Assembly (NCBI GenBank): GCA_942493055.1
Contig: OW818680.1
Coordinates: 4,544,174-4,608,173 of the forward strand
Length of the DNA: 64,000 nucleotides
Reading direction: 5' to 3'
Origin: an uncultured bacterium
GTDB taxonomy: Bacteria; Verrucomicrobiota; Kiritimatiellia; RFP12; UBA1067
The notes beneath the pieces are model-generated. The model saw nothing but the letters and a program-made list of their open reading frames with translations. It was not told where the DNA came from and did no database searches. Numbering within the stretch: position 1 is the stretch's first letter; each line of letters opens with the position of its first letter. The translations under genes and the position numbers were made by a program. This document shows, piece by piece, positions 19,432 through 29,300 of this stretch.

Positions 19432-19773
19432 TTTCCCCTTTAAGTACGCAGTACATCAATTGCAAAACTAAGCTTTGATTTAATTGCTTAACCACCTGAT
19501 TGGAGAATATTACAAAGTCTTAGATAAAAAGGCAATGCGGAAAAAATGATAAAACAATCCGAAGACGACGCCCAGAGATAATTGGGAAGGTGTCGGAATA
19601 AACTAACTAAGTTCACTGTAAAACTTAATTAGGGGGGCTATACCTTAAAATACTTTACTTTCAGCTTGATTTCTGGCTCTAAAAGCGCAAGAATTCATCT
19701 AATTCGTTTAGTGGCTGTCAGTAAACGCCAACTGATCTATAGTAGACGTTCGGGAAAAAGGAGAGGATATATA

Positions 19774-21288
19774 ATGAGTGACTTGAAGTTTTCCTGCCCA
19801 CACTGCAATCAACATCTGGAGTTGCCGGAGGACATGTGCGGCACCGTCGTTGACTGTCCGTCATGCGGAAATCGAATCCAGACGCCTACGTTCGCTCAGT
19901 TACGGGAAGGAGGGCCGGCTTCAACCTACACGATCATCGGAGTCGATGGCAGCCGATACGGTCCCGTCACAGCAGACCAGTTGCGACAGTGGATCAGAGA
20001 AGGGCGTGTTAACGCGGCGACACGTGTTCAAGTCGAAGGTAATTCCGACTGGAAAGCACTGGGGGAAATTGCCGAGTTCGCTGCTCTGTCATCCGTCAAG
20101 GCTCCGCCTCCGTATATTGGCAGCGTGACCGCTGGAACGGGAGCTGATGTGGCGAGTGATCAGCGGCCTCTGCCCAAGCCCATGCGCTATTCCCCACCAG
20201 AAAGCTCTGCGCTTCAGGGAAATCTTAATGGAGCCGAAACTGGGCTATCAGCCCACGGGATCTCACGCACCCCCATGTTTCTATTCACCTACATGGCACT
20301 GACGAAGAGCAAGGAGAAAAAAACAGGTTCAGTGACGGCCCCCAACCGCGTTGAAGCCATTCGAGCGCTCGAAAAGCACGGTTTGTTGCCCATTAGAATA
20401 TCGGAGCCAGAGGCCGTGCCCATTCCGGTCGTAGCACCGGCGGCCACCCCAAATATGGGCGCATCCCCTGCTGGCGGGCATTCGGGGTCAGTAGAGACGG
20501 GCGAACGGTTTTGCCCAGTTGCCGTGGTGCCTCCATTGCGTGAGCCGCTTATGATTACGCTCGCTGAGAGCGTCCCCGCAGATGCACCCGGCGAACGATT
20601 CGAAGTGGTGCGCCAGAACGGGGAAACCGTGACGATCGCATCGGCGGAGCGCCTGCGCGAATACATTCTGAAGAGCTATTTCGCAAGAAATACGCAAGTG
20701 CGCAAAGTTCTGGTGGACGAGGCCGGCACGCGTACAGAATCCGCCTGGACAGCCCTGGAGCAGCTCGGCGACTGCAGACCATCCATTGATGTTTTGTATC
20801 GTCCAATTTGGCATCGAACAATGAAGTGGCTCTGGTATGGCGTGATCGGCGGCGTCATCCTGAAGGCGTTGGATACGGCGGTTTTCATGTTTGAGGCTAA
20901 TGAGTCTGTAGGCGTTCTCTGGGTTGCCATGATCCTTGGGCTCGGCTTGTCGGTCAAATGGCATTGGGTCAAGTGGGTAGCCTTTATTATAATCGGAGGA
21001 GTCCTCAAGGAAGGGAAGCTCAATGTGGGGGTCCTGCTCCCTATGTTTGGAGGCGCCTTATTCACGACCGTACTGATTGGCGCGCTCTTCGGGGCGCTTG
21101 TGGGCATGATCATCGGAACGATTATAGGCTATTGCAGGGCATCCTCGGGACCGAGGGCCCCAGACGCTCTCCCAGAGGGGAACAAGCCCCTGACTCTAGG
21201 CTTGTATGCGCCCATTGGCGGACTTGTTGTCCTCATTCCGATCTATATCTGGCTGATCAATAAAATTGCTAACGCTTATGGGAATTAA
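19774..21288 (+). CDS. Membrane protein: N-terminal zinc ribbon + DUF4339 (GYF-like) domain + GspF-N-terminal-like segment + C-terminal TM helices
   Basis: Start ATG 19774 (RBS aaaaaggagagg). 'CPHCNQHLELPEDMCGTVVDCPSCGNRIQTP' zinc ribbon. 'YTIIGVDGSRYGPVTADQLRQWIREGRVNAATRVQVEGNSDWKALGEIAEF' matches DUF4339/GYF_2. 'FTYMALTKSKEKKTGSVTAPNRVEAIRALEKHGLLPIRI' resembles the T2SS-F N-terminal motif. Hydrophobic C-terminus. Confidence 0.5.
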   Translation: MSDLKFSCPHCNQHLELPEDMCGTVVDCPSCGNRIQTPTFAQLREGGPASTYTIIGVDGSRYGPVTADQLRQWIREGRVNAATRVQVEGNSDWKALGEIAEFAALSSVKAPPPYIGSVTAGTGADVASDQRPLPKPMRYSPPESSALQGNLNGAETGLSAHGISRTPMFLFTYMALTKSKEKKTGSVTAPNRVEAIRALEKHGLLPIRISEPEAVPIPVVAPAATPNMGASPAGGHSGSVETGERFCPVAVVPPLREPLMITLAESVPADAPGERFEVVRQNGETVTIASAERLREYILKSYFARNTQVRKVLVDEAGTRTESAWTALEQLGDCRPSIDVLYRPIWHRTMKWLWYGVIGGVILKALDTAVFMFEANESVGVLWVAMILGLGLSVKWHWVKWVAFIIIGGVLKEGKLNVGVLLPMFGGALFTTVLIGALFGALVGMIIGTIIGYCRASSGPRAPDALPEGNKPLTLGLYAPIGGLVVLIPIYIWLINKIANAYGN

Positions 21289-21314
21289 TGAGCACACATT
21301 AAAGTTCCGTTGAG

Positions 21315-22535
21315 ATGATAAACATGAATGACTTGATTTTTGACTGCCCTCACTGCACCAAACATTTTGAGTTGCCGGAAGACCTGCGCAGGACTGCTGT
21401 TTACTGCCCATCATGCGGCAGGCAGATGCAGATGCCTCAGCTCTTGCCGATACGGGAAGGAGAACCGGGCACAAGCTACACGCTGATCTGCAATGATGGG
21501 AAGCGATACAGTCCTCTCACGGCAGACCAATTGTTGCAGTTGATTAAAGATGGGCGCGCTGACAAGACGACAGACGTTCAAATCATAGGACATGGCGACT
21601 GGAAGAGACTTGGGGAACTTCCCGAGTTCGCTGTCCCGTTATCCAACAGTGTGCCGATTCCGCCGCCGCCCCCCCTCCCCAGTCTGGCACGGGCACAGCC
21701 ATCCTTCGCAAGTCGGCCAAAAACGCCATCTTCATCTCCTCATCACCTGACGACATTCCCAGTTGCGGTTATCATCTTGTTGCACTTCGTGACCTTTGGC
21801 TTATTCACGTTCATCTGGTTGAACGTGATGCACGGGAAGATGTGCCGCGTCAGAGCCGATGATCCGTCTGCAGGCAGGGCCGTGGGCTTCTGCTTCATCC
21901 CGTTCTTCAACTTCTACTGGATATTTTTTACTTTCCGGAGGCTGTGTTTGCGCATCGACGAGCAGCGAGGAGTGTATGGCTTGCAGCCCAGCAATCTCAG
22001 AGGTTTAGCGACCACGGCTTGCATCTTCCAGGTCATCCCGTACCTCAATATCCTGATCGGCTATACGATCATCACTCCGATCTTCGCAGGGATGATGCAA
22101 TCAAGTGTTAATCAACTGGTCCGCACAAGCGTCAAAACTTTTCCGCGCACTATACTTCAGTCCTTCGCTGGCCCGGAGCGTGGAATCTCCGGAGTGGTGA
22201 TTGCCGCAATCATCTGCGCCTGTCTCATCCCTGTCACAGGTCTGTTGTCTGCCATAGCGTTTCCCTCTTTTATGAAGGCCCAAGAGGTCAGTCAGCGCCG
22301 GGCCTGCATCTACAATATGCGGCAATTAGAAGGGTGCAAGGAGCAAGCAGCATTGGTGGGCAGCATCGGCGGAAACGGCAAAAACATCACGGAGCAAGAT
22401 GTGTCGCCGTATCTGAAGAACGGTTTTTCGGGTCTGATCTGCCCCAAAGGCGGCTTCTACACAATCAACCCACTCGAAAAAGAACCTATGTGTTCAGAGC
22501 ATGGGTCGCTCTCCGAGGCGATGGAGAGAAGATAA
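21315..22535 (+). CDS. Paralog: zinc ribbon + DUF4339 + Pro-rich linker + TM + pseudopilin-like (T2SS GspG-like) C-terminal domain
   Basis: Alternative start ATG 21324 (MNDLIFDCPHC...). 'YTLICNDGKRYSPLTADQLLQLIKDGRADKTTDVQIIGHGDWKRLGELPEF'. After the TM helix, 'AIAFPSFMKAQEVSQRRACIYNMRQLEGCKEQAAL' and 'CPKGGFYTINPLEKEPMCSEHG' resemble verrucomicrobial pseudopilin bodies. Confidence 0.5.
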   Translation: MINMNDLIFDCPHCTKHFELPEDLRRTAVYCPSCGRQMQMPQLLPIREGEPGTSYTLICNDGKRYSPLTADQLLQLIKDGRADKTTDVQIIGHGDWKRLGELPEFAVPLSNSVPIPPPPPLPSLARAQPSFASRPKTPSSSPHHLTTFPVAVIILLHFVTFGLFTFIWLNVMHGKMCRVRADDPSAGRAVGFCFIPFFNFYWIFFTFRRLCLRIDEQRGVYGLQPSNLRGLATTACIFQVIPYLNILIGYTIITPIFAGMMQSSVNQLVRTSVKTFPRTILQSFAGPERGISGVVIAAIICACLIPVTGLLSAIAFPSFMKAQEVSQRRACIYNMRQLEGCKEQAALVGSIGGNGKNITEQDVSPYLKNGFSGLICPKGGFYTINPLEKEPMCSEHGSLSEAMERR

Positions 22536-22603
22536 ACTGGCCAACACAGATTACGTAACTGCGTTTAGACGCAACAACTGTCCAGCAAAGTAAGGGAGTC
22601 AAA

Positions 22604-23170
22604 ATGTCAGTATTTTTATACAAGGCGCGTGATCAAGCAGGGTCTCTCGTAACAGACATGATCGAAGCAGGTGATCGGGTGCAGGCAATACGGAAACTTG
22701 AAAGCATGAAGTTGCTGCCTATCAAGCTGACGGAAAGCCAGCCTCAACGTGCTAGACGTATGCCAGTTCGCGGCATAGCCATTGCGTCTATATCAGTGAT
22801 TGTGCTGGTGGCTGCGGTGTTTGGCACCTGGTACTTTGTGCCTTGGGGTACGCTCTTGCCTCAGCGCGTGTGGGTTGAAGCCAAGGATCAGGCTATCTGG
22901 ATTGGAAACGGGGAACTCTCGGCCAAGTACAAATGGGATGGCGATCAGGGCTTATGTGGACCAGCGGGTACTGGAATGCAATACTTGGCAAATAAAAAGG
23001 TGTTGATCACCGGAAATCCTTGGTTTGGTTATGGTAATCTCAAGATTGAAGGTTCAGCAGTAGCCAGTGAAGAGGGTATTACATTACAGCCCGGCAGCAA
23101 GCTGATGCCGCAACAGAGGACGCGTCAAGAGAAGCCCGCGCCGCGTAAAAAAGAGAAGCGAAAGACTTGA
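22604..23170 (+). CDS. Small bitopic membrane protein with GspF-N-terminal-like cytoplasmic motif
   Basis: 'MSVFLYKARDQAGSLVTDMIEAGDRVQAIRKLESMKLLPIKL' fits the F-x-Y-x-A-x-D-x-x-G...A...L...GL.P motif. TM helix GIAIASISVIVLVAAVFGTWYFVPW. C-terminal region ends Lys/Arg-rich. Confidence 0.4.
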   Translation: MSVFLYKARDQAGSLVTDMIEAGDRVQAIRKLESMKLLPIKLTESQPQRARRMPVRGIAIASISVIVLVAAVFGTWYFVPWGTLLPQRVWVEAKDQAIWIGNGELSAKYKWDGDQGLCGPAGTGMQYLANKKVLITGNPWFGYGNLKIEGSAVASEEGITLQPGSKLMPQQRTRQEKPAPRKKEKRKT

Positions 23171-23255
23171 TTCTCGCAAGCCAAATATGCCACAATGACC
23201 ACGACATTTGTAATGTAGCCCCCGAATAGTGGGGCATGCCTATTATAGGAGTGGA

Positions 23256-26200
23256 ATGGAAAATCTATCGTGGAATAAGACTGCAGATCATCCCAAGGAG
23301 GGTGGACGTGTGGAACTTGAGCCTGGTACGCGGTTGGGACGTTATGAGATTTTGCGACTGCTCGGACGCGGTGGCATGGGCCAGGTTTACCTGGCTCGGC
23401 ATGAGTTGCAAAAGACGCTGCACGCATTAAAGATCCTGCCGTCGGAGTTCTCGGGCCGCGCGGGCTTCGTGGAGCGCTTCCGTACGGAACTGCAGACCAT
23501 GGCGAGGTTGCAGCATTCAAACATCGTCCATGTCCAGTACTCAGACGTCGAGGCCGGGCTCTACTATCTGGTGATGGACTTCATCGCGGCCGACGGCACG
23601 GAGGAGCCGTACGACCTGGAGGAGGCGCTGGCAGTCGAGAAGCGGCTGGAGCCTGAGACGGTGAGGCGGCTGATGCTCCGGCTCTGCGATGGGCTCTCCT
23701 TCGCCCACGGCCAGGGCGTGGTCCACCGCGACCTGAAGCCCGCGAACGTCCTGCTGACCTCCAAAGACCTTTCTGCTGCTGACGTGAAGATCTGCGACTT
23801 CGGCCTGGCGCGGGTGGTCGGCGAGGAGCAGGTGCGCACGATGGTGGCGCAGAGCATGCAGCGTTCGATGTCCATGGGCGACCAGGACACCTTCACCGAG
23901 AAGAAGCGCTCCGAGCGCAGCAGCACCGGCTCCGTGATGGGCACCTACGGCTACATGAGCCCCGAGCAGGAGGAGGGCAAGCCCGCGGACGAACGCAGCG
24001 ACCTCTACTCGCTGGGCGTGATGATGTACCGCATGATCACCGGCCAGCGGCTGCGGGGCCGCGCCAAGGCGCCGTCGGCAGTCGTGCAAGGGCTGGACAA
24101 GGCATGGGACGCGATCATCGACAAGTGCCTGGAGAACGACCCTGCGGCACGCTGGCAGACTGCGGTTGCTCTGAAGGCGGCATTGGACGCTGGCGGGAGG
24201 GTCACGCAGGGCAGTTCTAAAGTTCTAAAGTTCGGGAGTTCTAAAGTTAAGGGGAACAAGGCGTGGCTTTGGCTGGCTGGCGCTGCGGTCATCGCCGTTG
24301 TCTCAATTTTGTCCGTCAGGGCAATTCATTCCAGCAACGCGAAACGCGCCGAGGCGGCCCGTGCGGCTGCGGCATCCGCCGCGCTCGACGCGGCGCAGCG
24401 CGAGAAGGTTGCCGGGCTCGAGGCTGCGGTGGAAGCGGCGCTGGCGGCGGGCGATTTAAAGACGGCCGATTCCAAGATCGCGGAGCTGGGGCAGGCCGGG
24501 GGCGCAACCGCGCTGCGCAAGCGTTACGAGTCCAAGGCCGGCGAGAGCGATACGAACAAGCGGAGCGCGGTGGCTTCAATGGCGCGCGAGGAGGCGATGA
24601 AACTGGACGCGGGACAGGGCTTCGGGGAGAAGCTCAAGGCGCTGGAGACGGCCTGGCGCGAAGCCGAGGCGGCGCGGCAGAGCCAGGGCTGGACTCAGGC
24701 AGTGACCGGCTATGACGCGGTCATTGCGTCGTCCAAGACGCTGAAAGATGCGGAGGTCTCACGCGAAGGCGCGAAGACGCGAAGAGGTGAAGCTGAGAAG
24801 GCCAAGTCTGACGCTGAGCAGTCCCAGTCCGCGACCGACGCAGCGGATCTTTATGCGGCTGGAGGGCGAGGCTGTGTCCGAGCCGCAGGAGCCTTTGAGA
24901 AAGGCGACTTCGATGTGGCATCGAAGGACTGGCAGGAAGCGGCGCAATCTTATGCCTCGGCGCAGAAGCGGGCACTGGCGGCCCAGGATTGCCGCAAGGT
25001 GAAAGAGTCGTTCGAAGAGGCGCTGGCGCGTGACCGCGCGCTGCTGGAGAAGTACGGAGGGTCAAAATGGGCCGAGGTGAAGCTTCAGCAGAAGGCCGGC
25101 GAAGCGTCTTCGTCTGACCCTGCGGAGGGTAGTCGCGCCTACGGATTGGCGTTGGCGGCACTGCCGGGGGCGGTGGCCGAGGCCGGGAAGGCTCAGCAGG
25201 CGGATGCCGAGTATGTGGCTGCGCAGAAAAAAGCGGCGGACGATAAAAAGGCGAAAGAGCAGGCCGAAGCCGAGCGTCTAGCGGAGGAGCAAAAAGCGAT
25301 TGCCGCGAAGGCGCAACGACAAAAAGACTTTGATGGAGAGATGGTTTCCGGCAAGTCGGCGTGGGATAAGGCTGACTACTCAACCGCCTACAAAGCCTAT
25401 AAGAAGGCATTAGTATTGTGCCCGGGTGATTCAGCCGCGCAAACGAATTATTGCCAGGTGGATGCGATGCTGTCGCGCCTGAACCCTTATCGTACCGCAA
25501 AGAAAGGATGCTGGGTCAAGCGGGCCTATACTACAAAAATGAAAATGTCTTTTCCTCTTGGATCAAATTCAACGACAACACAGGAGGAAATACAATTCTT
25601 GGATGTCGGGGAAGATGTAGTTGTGACGCGCAACACCCTTAAGTCCTCATCGTCAATGACGATTGCTGGAGGATATGCCAGCGAGACTGTTACGGAACAT
25701 ACTCAGAATATCAACGAAGCATTCGGTGAAGCGAAAAGTACTCCGATCAGACAAATCACAAATGGCAAAGATAGCACCGCATCAATTAAATCGACGATGG
25801 AAAAGCTTAAGACATTTGATGAAAAGAGGGAGTTTTTGGGTTGCGAGACGATCAGGATTGGAGCACAAGAATATACAACGAAGTGCCTTCTTAAATCGGA
25901 AAAGAGAGACTTTGGATCAGGGATGCAGACGGCTATGGAGACAAAATATTGGATTTCCGAGGATACAATAGCCCCAACATTAAAACATACGATCCGCGTT
26001 AAAGTATATAACAATTCTAACACATCTTTATTGTCTGAGTCGTTTTCAACGGTATCCCTTGTTTCATTATCGCAGGAAGATGTGACAGTCAATGGGCGGG
26101 TTTTGAAGTGCAGAAAAGAGGTTAGGGTGACAGAAAACCAGAAAGATGGAACAACGGGGACATTTACTTCCTGGGAGTGTTTAGACTACCCCTGGATCGG

Positions 26201-26288
26201 CATGGTCAAAAAGGAGTCTGTGATTAAAGGGAAGAACTTTACCTCAACTGCATCGGATATTTTAGAGTCGTTTGGGCTTGGGTCGTGA
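23256..26288 (+). CDS. Hanks-type Ser/Thr protein kinase - TM - long Ala/Glu coiled coil - unknown ~270-aa C-terminal domain
   Basis: ORF-track start GTG 23229; ATG 23256 preferred (RBS aggagtgg). Kinase motifs 'LGRGGMGQVYLARH', 'ALKIL', 'HRDLKPANVLL', 'DFGLAR', 'GTYGYMSPEQ'. TM 'AWLWLAGAAVIAVVSILSV'. N-terminal ~650 aa nearly identical to the next gene. Confidence 0.8.
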   Translation: MENLSWNKTADHPKEGGRVELEPGTRLGRYEILRLLGRGGMGQVYLARHELQKTLHALKILPSEFSGRAGFVERFRTELQTMARLQHSNIVHVQYSDVEAGLYYLVMDFIAADGTEEPYDLEEALAVEKRLEPETVRRLMLRLCDGLSFAHGQGVVHRDLKPANVLLTSKDLSAADVKICDFGLARVVGEEQVRTMVAQSMQRSMSMGDQDTFTEKKRSERSSTGSVMGTYGYMSPEQEEGKPADERSDLYSLGVMMYRMITGQRLRGRAKAPSAVVQGLDKAWDAIIDKCLENDPAARWQTAVALKAALDAGGRVTQGSSKVLKFGSSKVKGNKAWLWLAGAAVIAVVSILSVRAIHSSNAKRAEAARAAAASAALDAAQREKVAGLEAAVEAALAAGDLKTADSKIAELGQAGGATALRKRYESKAGESDTNKRSAVASMAREEAMKLDAGQGFGEKLKALETAWREAEAARQSQGWTQAVTGYDAVIASSKTLKDAEVSREGAKTRRGEAEKAKSDAEQSQSATDAADLYAAGGRGCVRAAGAFEKGDFDVASKDWQEAAQSYASAQKRALAAQDCRKVKESFEEALARDRALLEKYGGSKWAEVKLQQKAGEASSSDPAEGSRAYGLALAALPGAVAEAGKAQQADAEYVAAQKKAADDKKAKEQAEAERLAEEQKAIAAKAQRQKDFDGEMVSGKSAWDKADYSTAYKAYKKALVLCPGDSAAQTNYCQVDAMLSRLNPYRTAKKGCWVKRAYTTKMKMSFPLGSNSTTTQEEIQFLDVGEDVVVTRNTLKSSSSMTIAGGYASETVTEHTQNINEAFGEAKSTPIRQITNGKDSTASIKSTMEKLKTFDEKREFLGCETIRIGAQEYTTKCLLKSEKRDFGSGMQTAMETKYWISEDTIAPTLKHTIRVKVYNNSNTSLLSESFSTVSLVSLSQEDVTVNGRVLKCRKEVRVTENQKDGTTGTFTSWECLDYPWIGMVKKESVIKGKNFTSTASDILESFGLGS

Positions 26289-26346
26289 TGTTCCTGACTG
26301 GCCAAACGCAAGCAGATGTCAAAATAGCGAGAGGATCGAGTAATCG

Positions 26347-29300
26347 ATGAGTGACGGGCAACAGACGATGAATAATGATGTGACGCGGGCCGTGCCGGGC
26401 GGCGCGGGCCGGGCGGAGCTTGAGCCTGGCACACGGCTGGGACGTTATGAGGTTCTGCGCCTCTTAGGTCGCGGGGGCATGGGCCAGGTCTATCTGGCGC
26501 GACATGAGCTGCAGAAGACGCTGCATGCGCTGAAGATCCTGCCGTCCGAGTTCTCGGGCCGCGCCGGCTTCGTGGAACGCTTCCGCACGGAGCTGCAGAC
26601 AATGGCCCGCTTGCAGCATCCGAACATCGTCCATGTCCAGTACTCCGACGTCGAGGCCGGGCTCTATTACCTCGTGATGGATTTCGTGGCGGCGGACGGC
26701 ACCGAGGAGCCATACGACCTGGAGGAGGCACTGGCAATCGAGAAGCGGCTGGAGCCGGAGATCGTGAGGCGGCTGATGCTCCGGCTCTGCGACGGACTCT
26801 CCTTCGCCCACGGCAAGGGCGTGGTCCACCGCGACCTCAAGCCCGCGAATATCCTGCTGACGTCAAAGGATCTGTCGGCTGCGGACGTGAAGATCTGCGA
26901 CTTCGGGCTGGCGCGGGTGGTCGGCGAGGAGCAGGTGCGCACGATGGTGGCGCAGAGCATGCAGCGGTCCATGTCCATAGGCGACCAGGACACCTTCACC
27001 GAGAAGAAGCGTTCCGAACGTAGCAGCACGGGCTCTGTGATGGGCACGTACGGCTACATGAGCCCCGAGCAGGAGGAGGGCAAACCCGCGGACGAACGCA
27101 GCGACCTCTACGCGCTGGGCGTGATGATGTACCGGATGATCACAGGACAGCGGCTGCGGGGGATGGCCAAACCCGCCTCGCAGGTGGTGCCCGGGCTTGA
27201 TCCGGCATGGGACGCGATCATCGGCAAGTGCCTGGAGAACGACCCTGCGGCACGCTGGCAGACAGCGGCGGAGTTGAAAGCCTCCCTAGCGGGAGGGAGA
27301 GTGGCAGTCGGTAGTAGCAGTCGGCAGTGGAACCAGGCCGCGCTGTGGCTGGTGGGTGCGGCGGTTGCGGTCGCGTTGGGGTATGGGGCGTACAGGATGT
27401 ATGCGACCTATAGGGTAGAGATGGAGAGGGATAGGGCCGCCAGTGAGCAGACTGCGAAACTCGATGCGGCGCAGCGGGAGAAGGTTGCCGGGCTTGAAGC
27501 GGCGGCAGAAGCAGCGCTGGCCGCAGGGGATCTGGAGAAAGCGGGCACCAAGATCACGGAGCTGGGGCAACTCGGAGGGACACGCGTCGGCGTGTCCGAG
27601 CTGCGCAAGCGGTACGAGGCCAAGGCCGGCGAGCGCGAAGTGAACAAGCGGTACGCGGCTGCGTCGCTGGCACGGGAAGAGGCGCAGAAGCTGAACCCAG
27701 GCCAGGGCTTCGGGGAGAAGATCAAGGCTTTGGAGACCACGTGGTGCGAAGCTGAGGCTGCGCGTCAGAGCCAGGGCTGGGGCCAGGCGCAGACCGGCTA
27801 CGACGCGGTGCTTGCATCGTGCAAGGCGCTGGGTGAGTTGGATGTCTCGCGCAGAGGCGCAGAGGCGCGGAGGGGTGAAGCGGATAAGGCCAAGTCTGAC
27901 GCTGAGCAGGCCCAGTCCGCGACCGACGCAGCAGATCTTTATGCGGCTGGAGGGCGAGGCTGTGCGCGAGCCGCCGAAACCTTTGAGAAAGGTGAGTTCG
28001 ACGCGGCAGGCAAGGACTGGCAGGAGGCCGTTTCCGCATACACCTCTGCGCGGAAAAATGCAGTAGCAGCGCAGGATTGCCGCAAGGTGAAAGCCTCGTT
28101 CGAATCGGCGCTGGCGCGTGACCGCGCGCTGCTGGAGAAGCACGGCGGGGCAAAATGGGCTGAGGTTCAGAAACAGCAGAAGGCTGCCGAGGTATCGTCG
28201 GCTGACCCTGCCGAGGCTAGCCGAGCCTACGGATTAGCATTGGCAGCCTTGCCGGGAGCAGTGACCGAGGCGAAGGCCGCTGAGCAGGATCGGCTGGCGA
28301 AGGAGAAGGGTGATGCCGAGGCGAAGGCTGCGGAGCAGGATCGGCTGGCGAAGGAGAAGGGTGAAGCCGAGGCGGAGCAGCGGCGGCAGGCCTCAGAGCG
28401 TAAGACACGTGAAGAGAAAGAATCCCGTGATCTGGCCGAGGCGGCCTATACAGCGTGGGCAGCGAAGGCGCAACCGCTGGCAGAGCGTCTCGGGCGAGAC
28501 ATAACTTCGGTTAAAGGGGCTGCCGCGAAGGCGCTGCTAGCCGAGACGGATGCTATACTCATAGGGACGGACAAGCTGGATATTACTTACCTAACGTCCG
28601 CTAGCGTGTCTGGGTTGAAGGCACTCCAGACCAAGTTGCAAAGTCTGAAGGTCGGGATCAAGATCGGGTTCGAACCTGGAGACACGGAAACGGTTGATTT
28701 AGGTTCCGGCGTAAAAATCGAGCTGGCCTGGTGCCCAGCAGGTAGCTTTATGATGGGGAGCCCCTCCACTGAAGCGAACAGGGAGAGCGATGAGTCCCAG
28801 CACCGCGTGACGCTGACGAAAAGCTTCTGGCTTGGGCGCACGGAGGTAACGCAGGCGCAGTGGGAGGCGATCATGGGGAGCAACCCGAGCAAGTTTAAAG
28901 GATCAGATTTACCCGTTGAGACAGTGAGCTGGGACGACTGTCTGGCGTTTATCAGAAAGTTGAATGGAAAACTTGAAACTGGAAATTTGAATTTCCGCCT
29001 GCCCACAGAGGCGGAGTGGGAGTACGCTTGCCGGGCTGGGAGCACGGGTCCATATGCGGGAACGCTGGAGGAGATGGGCTGGTATTTTTCCAACAGCGGA
29101 AACACGATCCACGCAGTCGGACGCAAGTGCGCGAACGCCTGGGGACTGTACGATATGCACGGAAACGTCTGGGAGTGGTGCCAAGACTGGTATGCTGAGT
29201 ATCCTGCGGGTTCCGTGACAGATCCTGAGGGGCCTGCTTCAGGTGCTGGCCGTGTCCGCCGCAGCGGCGGGTGGAACATGAGCAAGGGGAACTGTCGATC

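Noticed and set aside
28270-28370. 36-bp tandem duplication inside kinase 26347 (AKAAEQDRLAKEKG x2)
   Set aside because: It is an in-frame coiled-coil repeat expansion, not an independent element. Mentioned only in the feature evidence.
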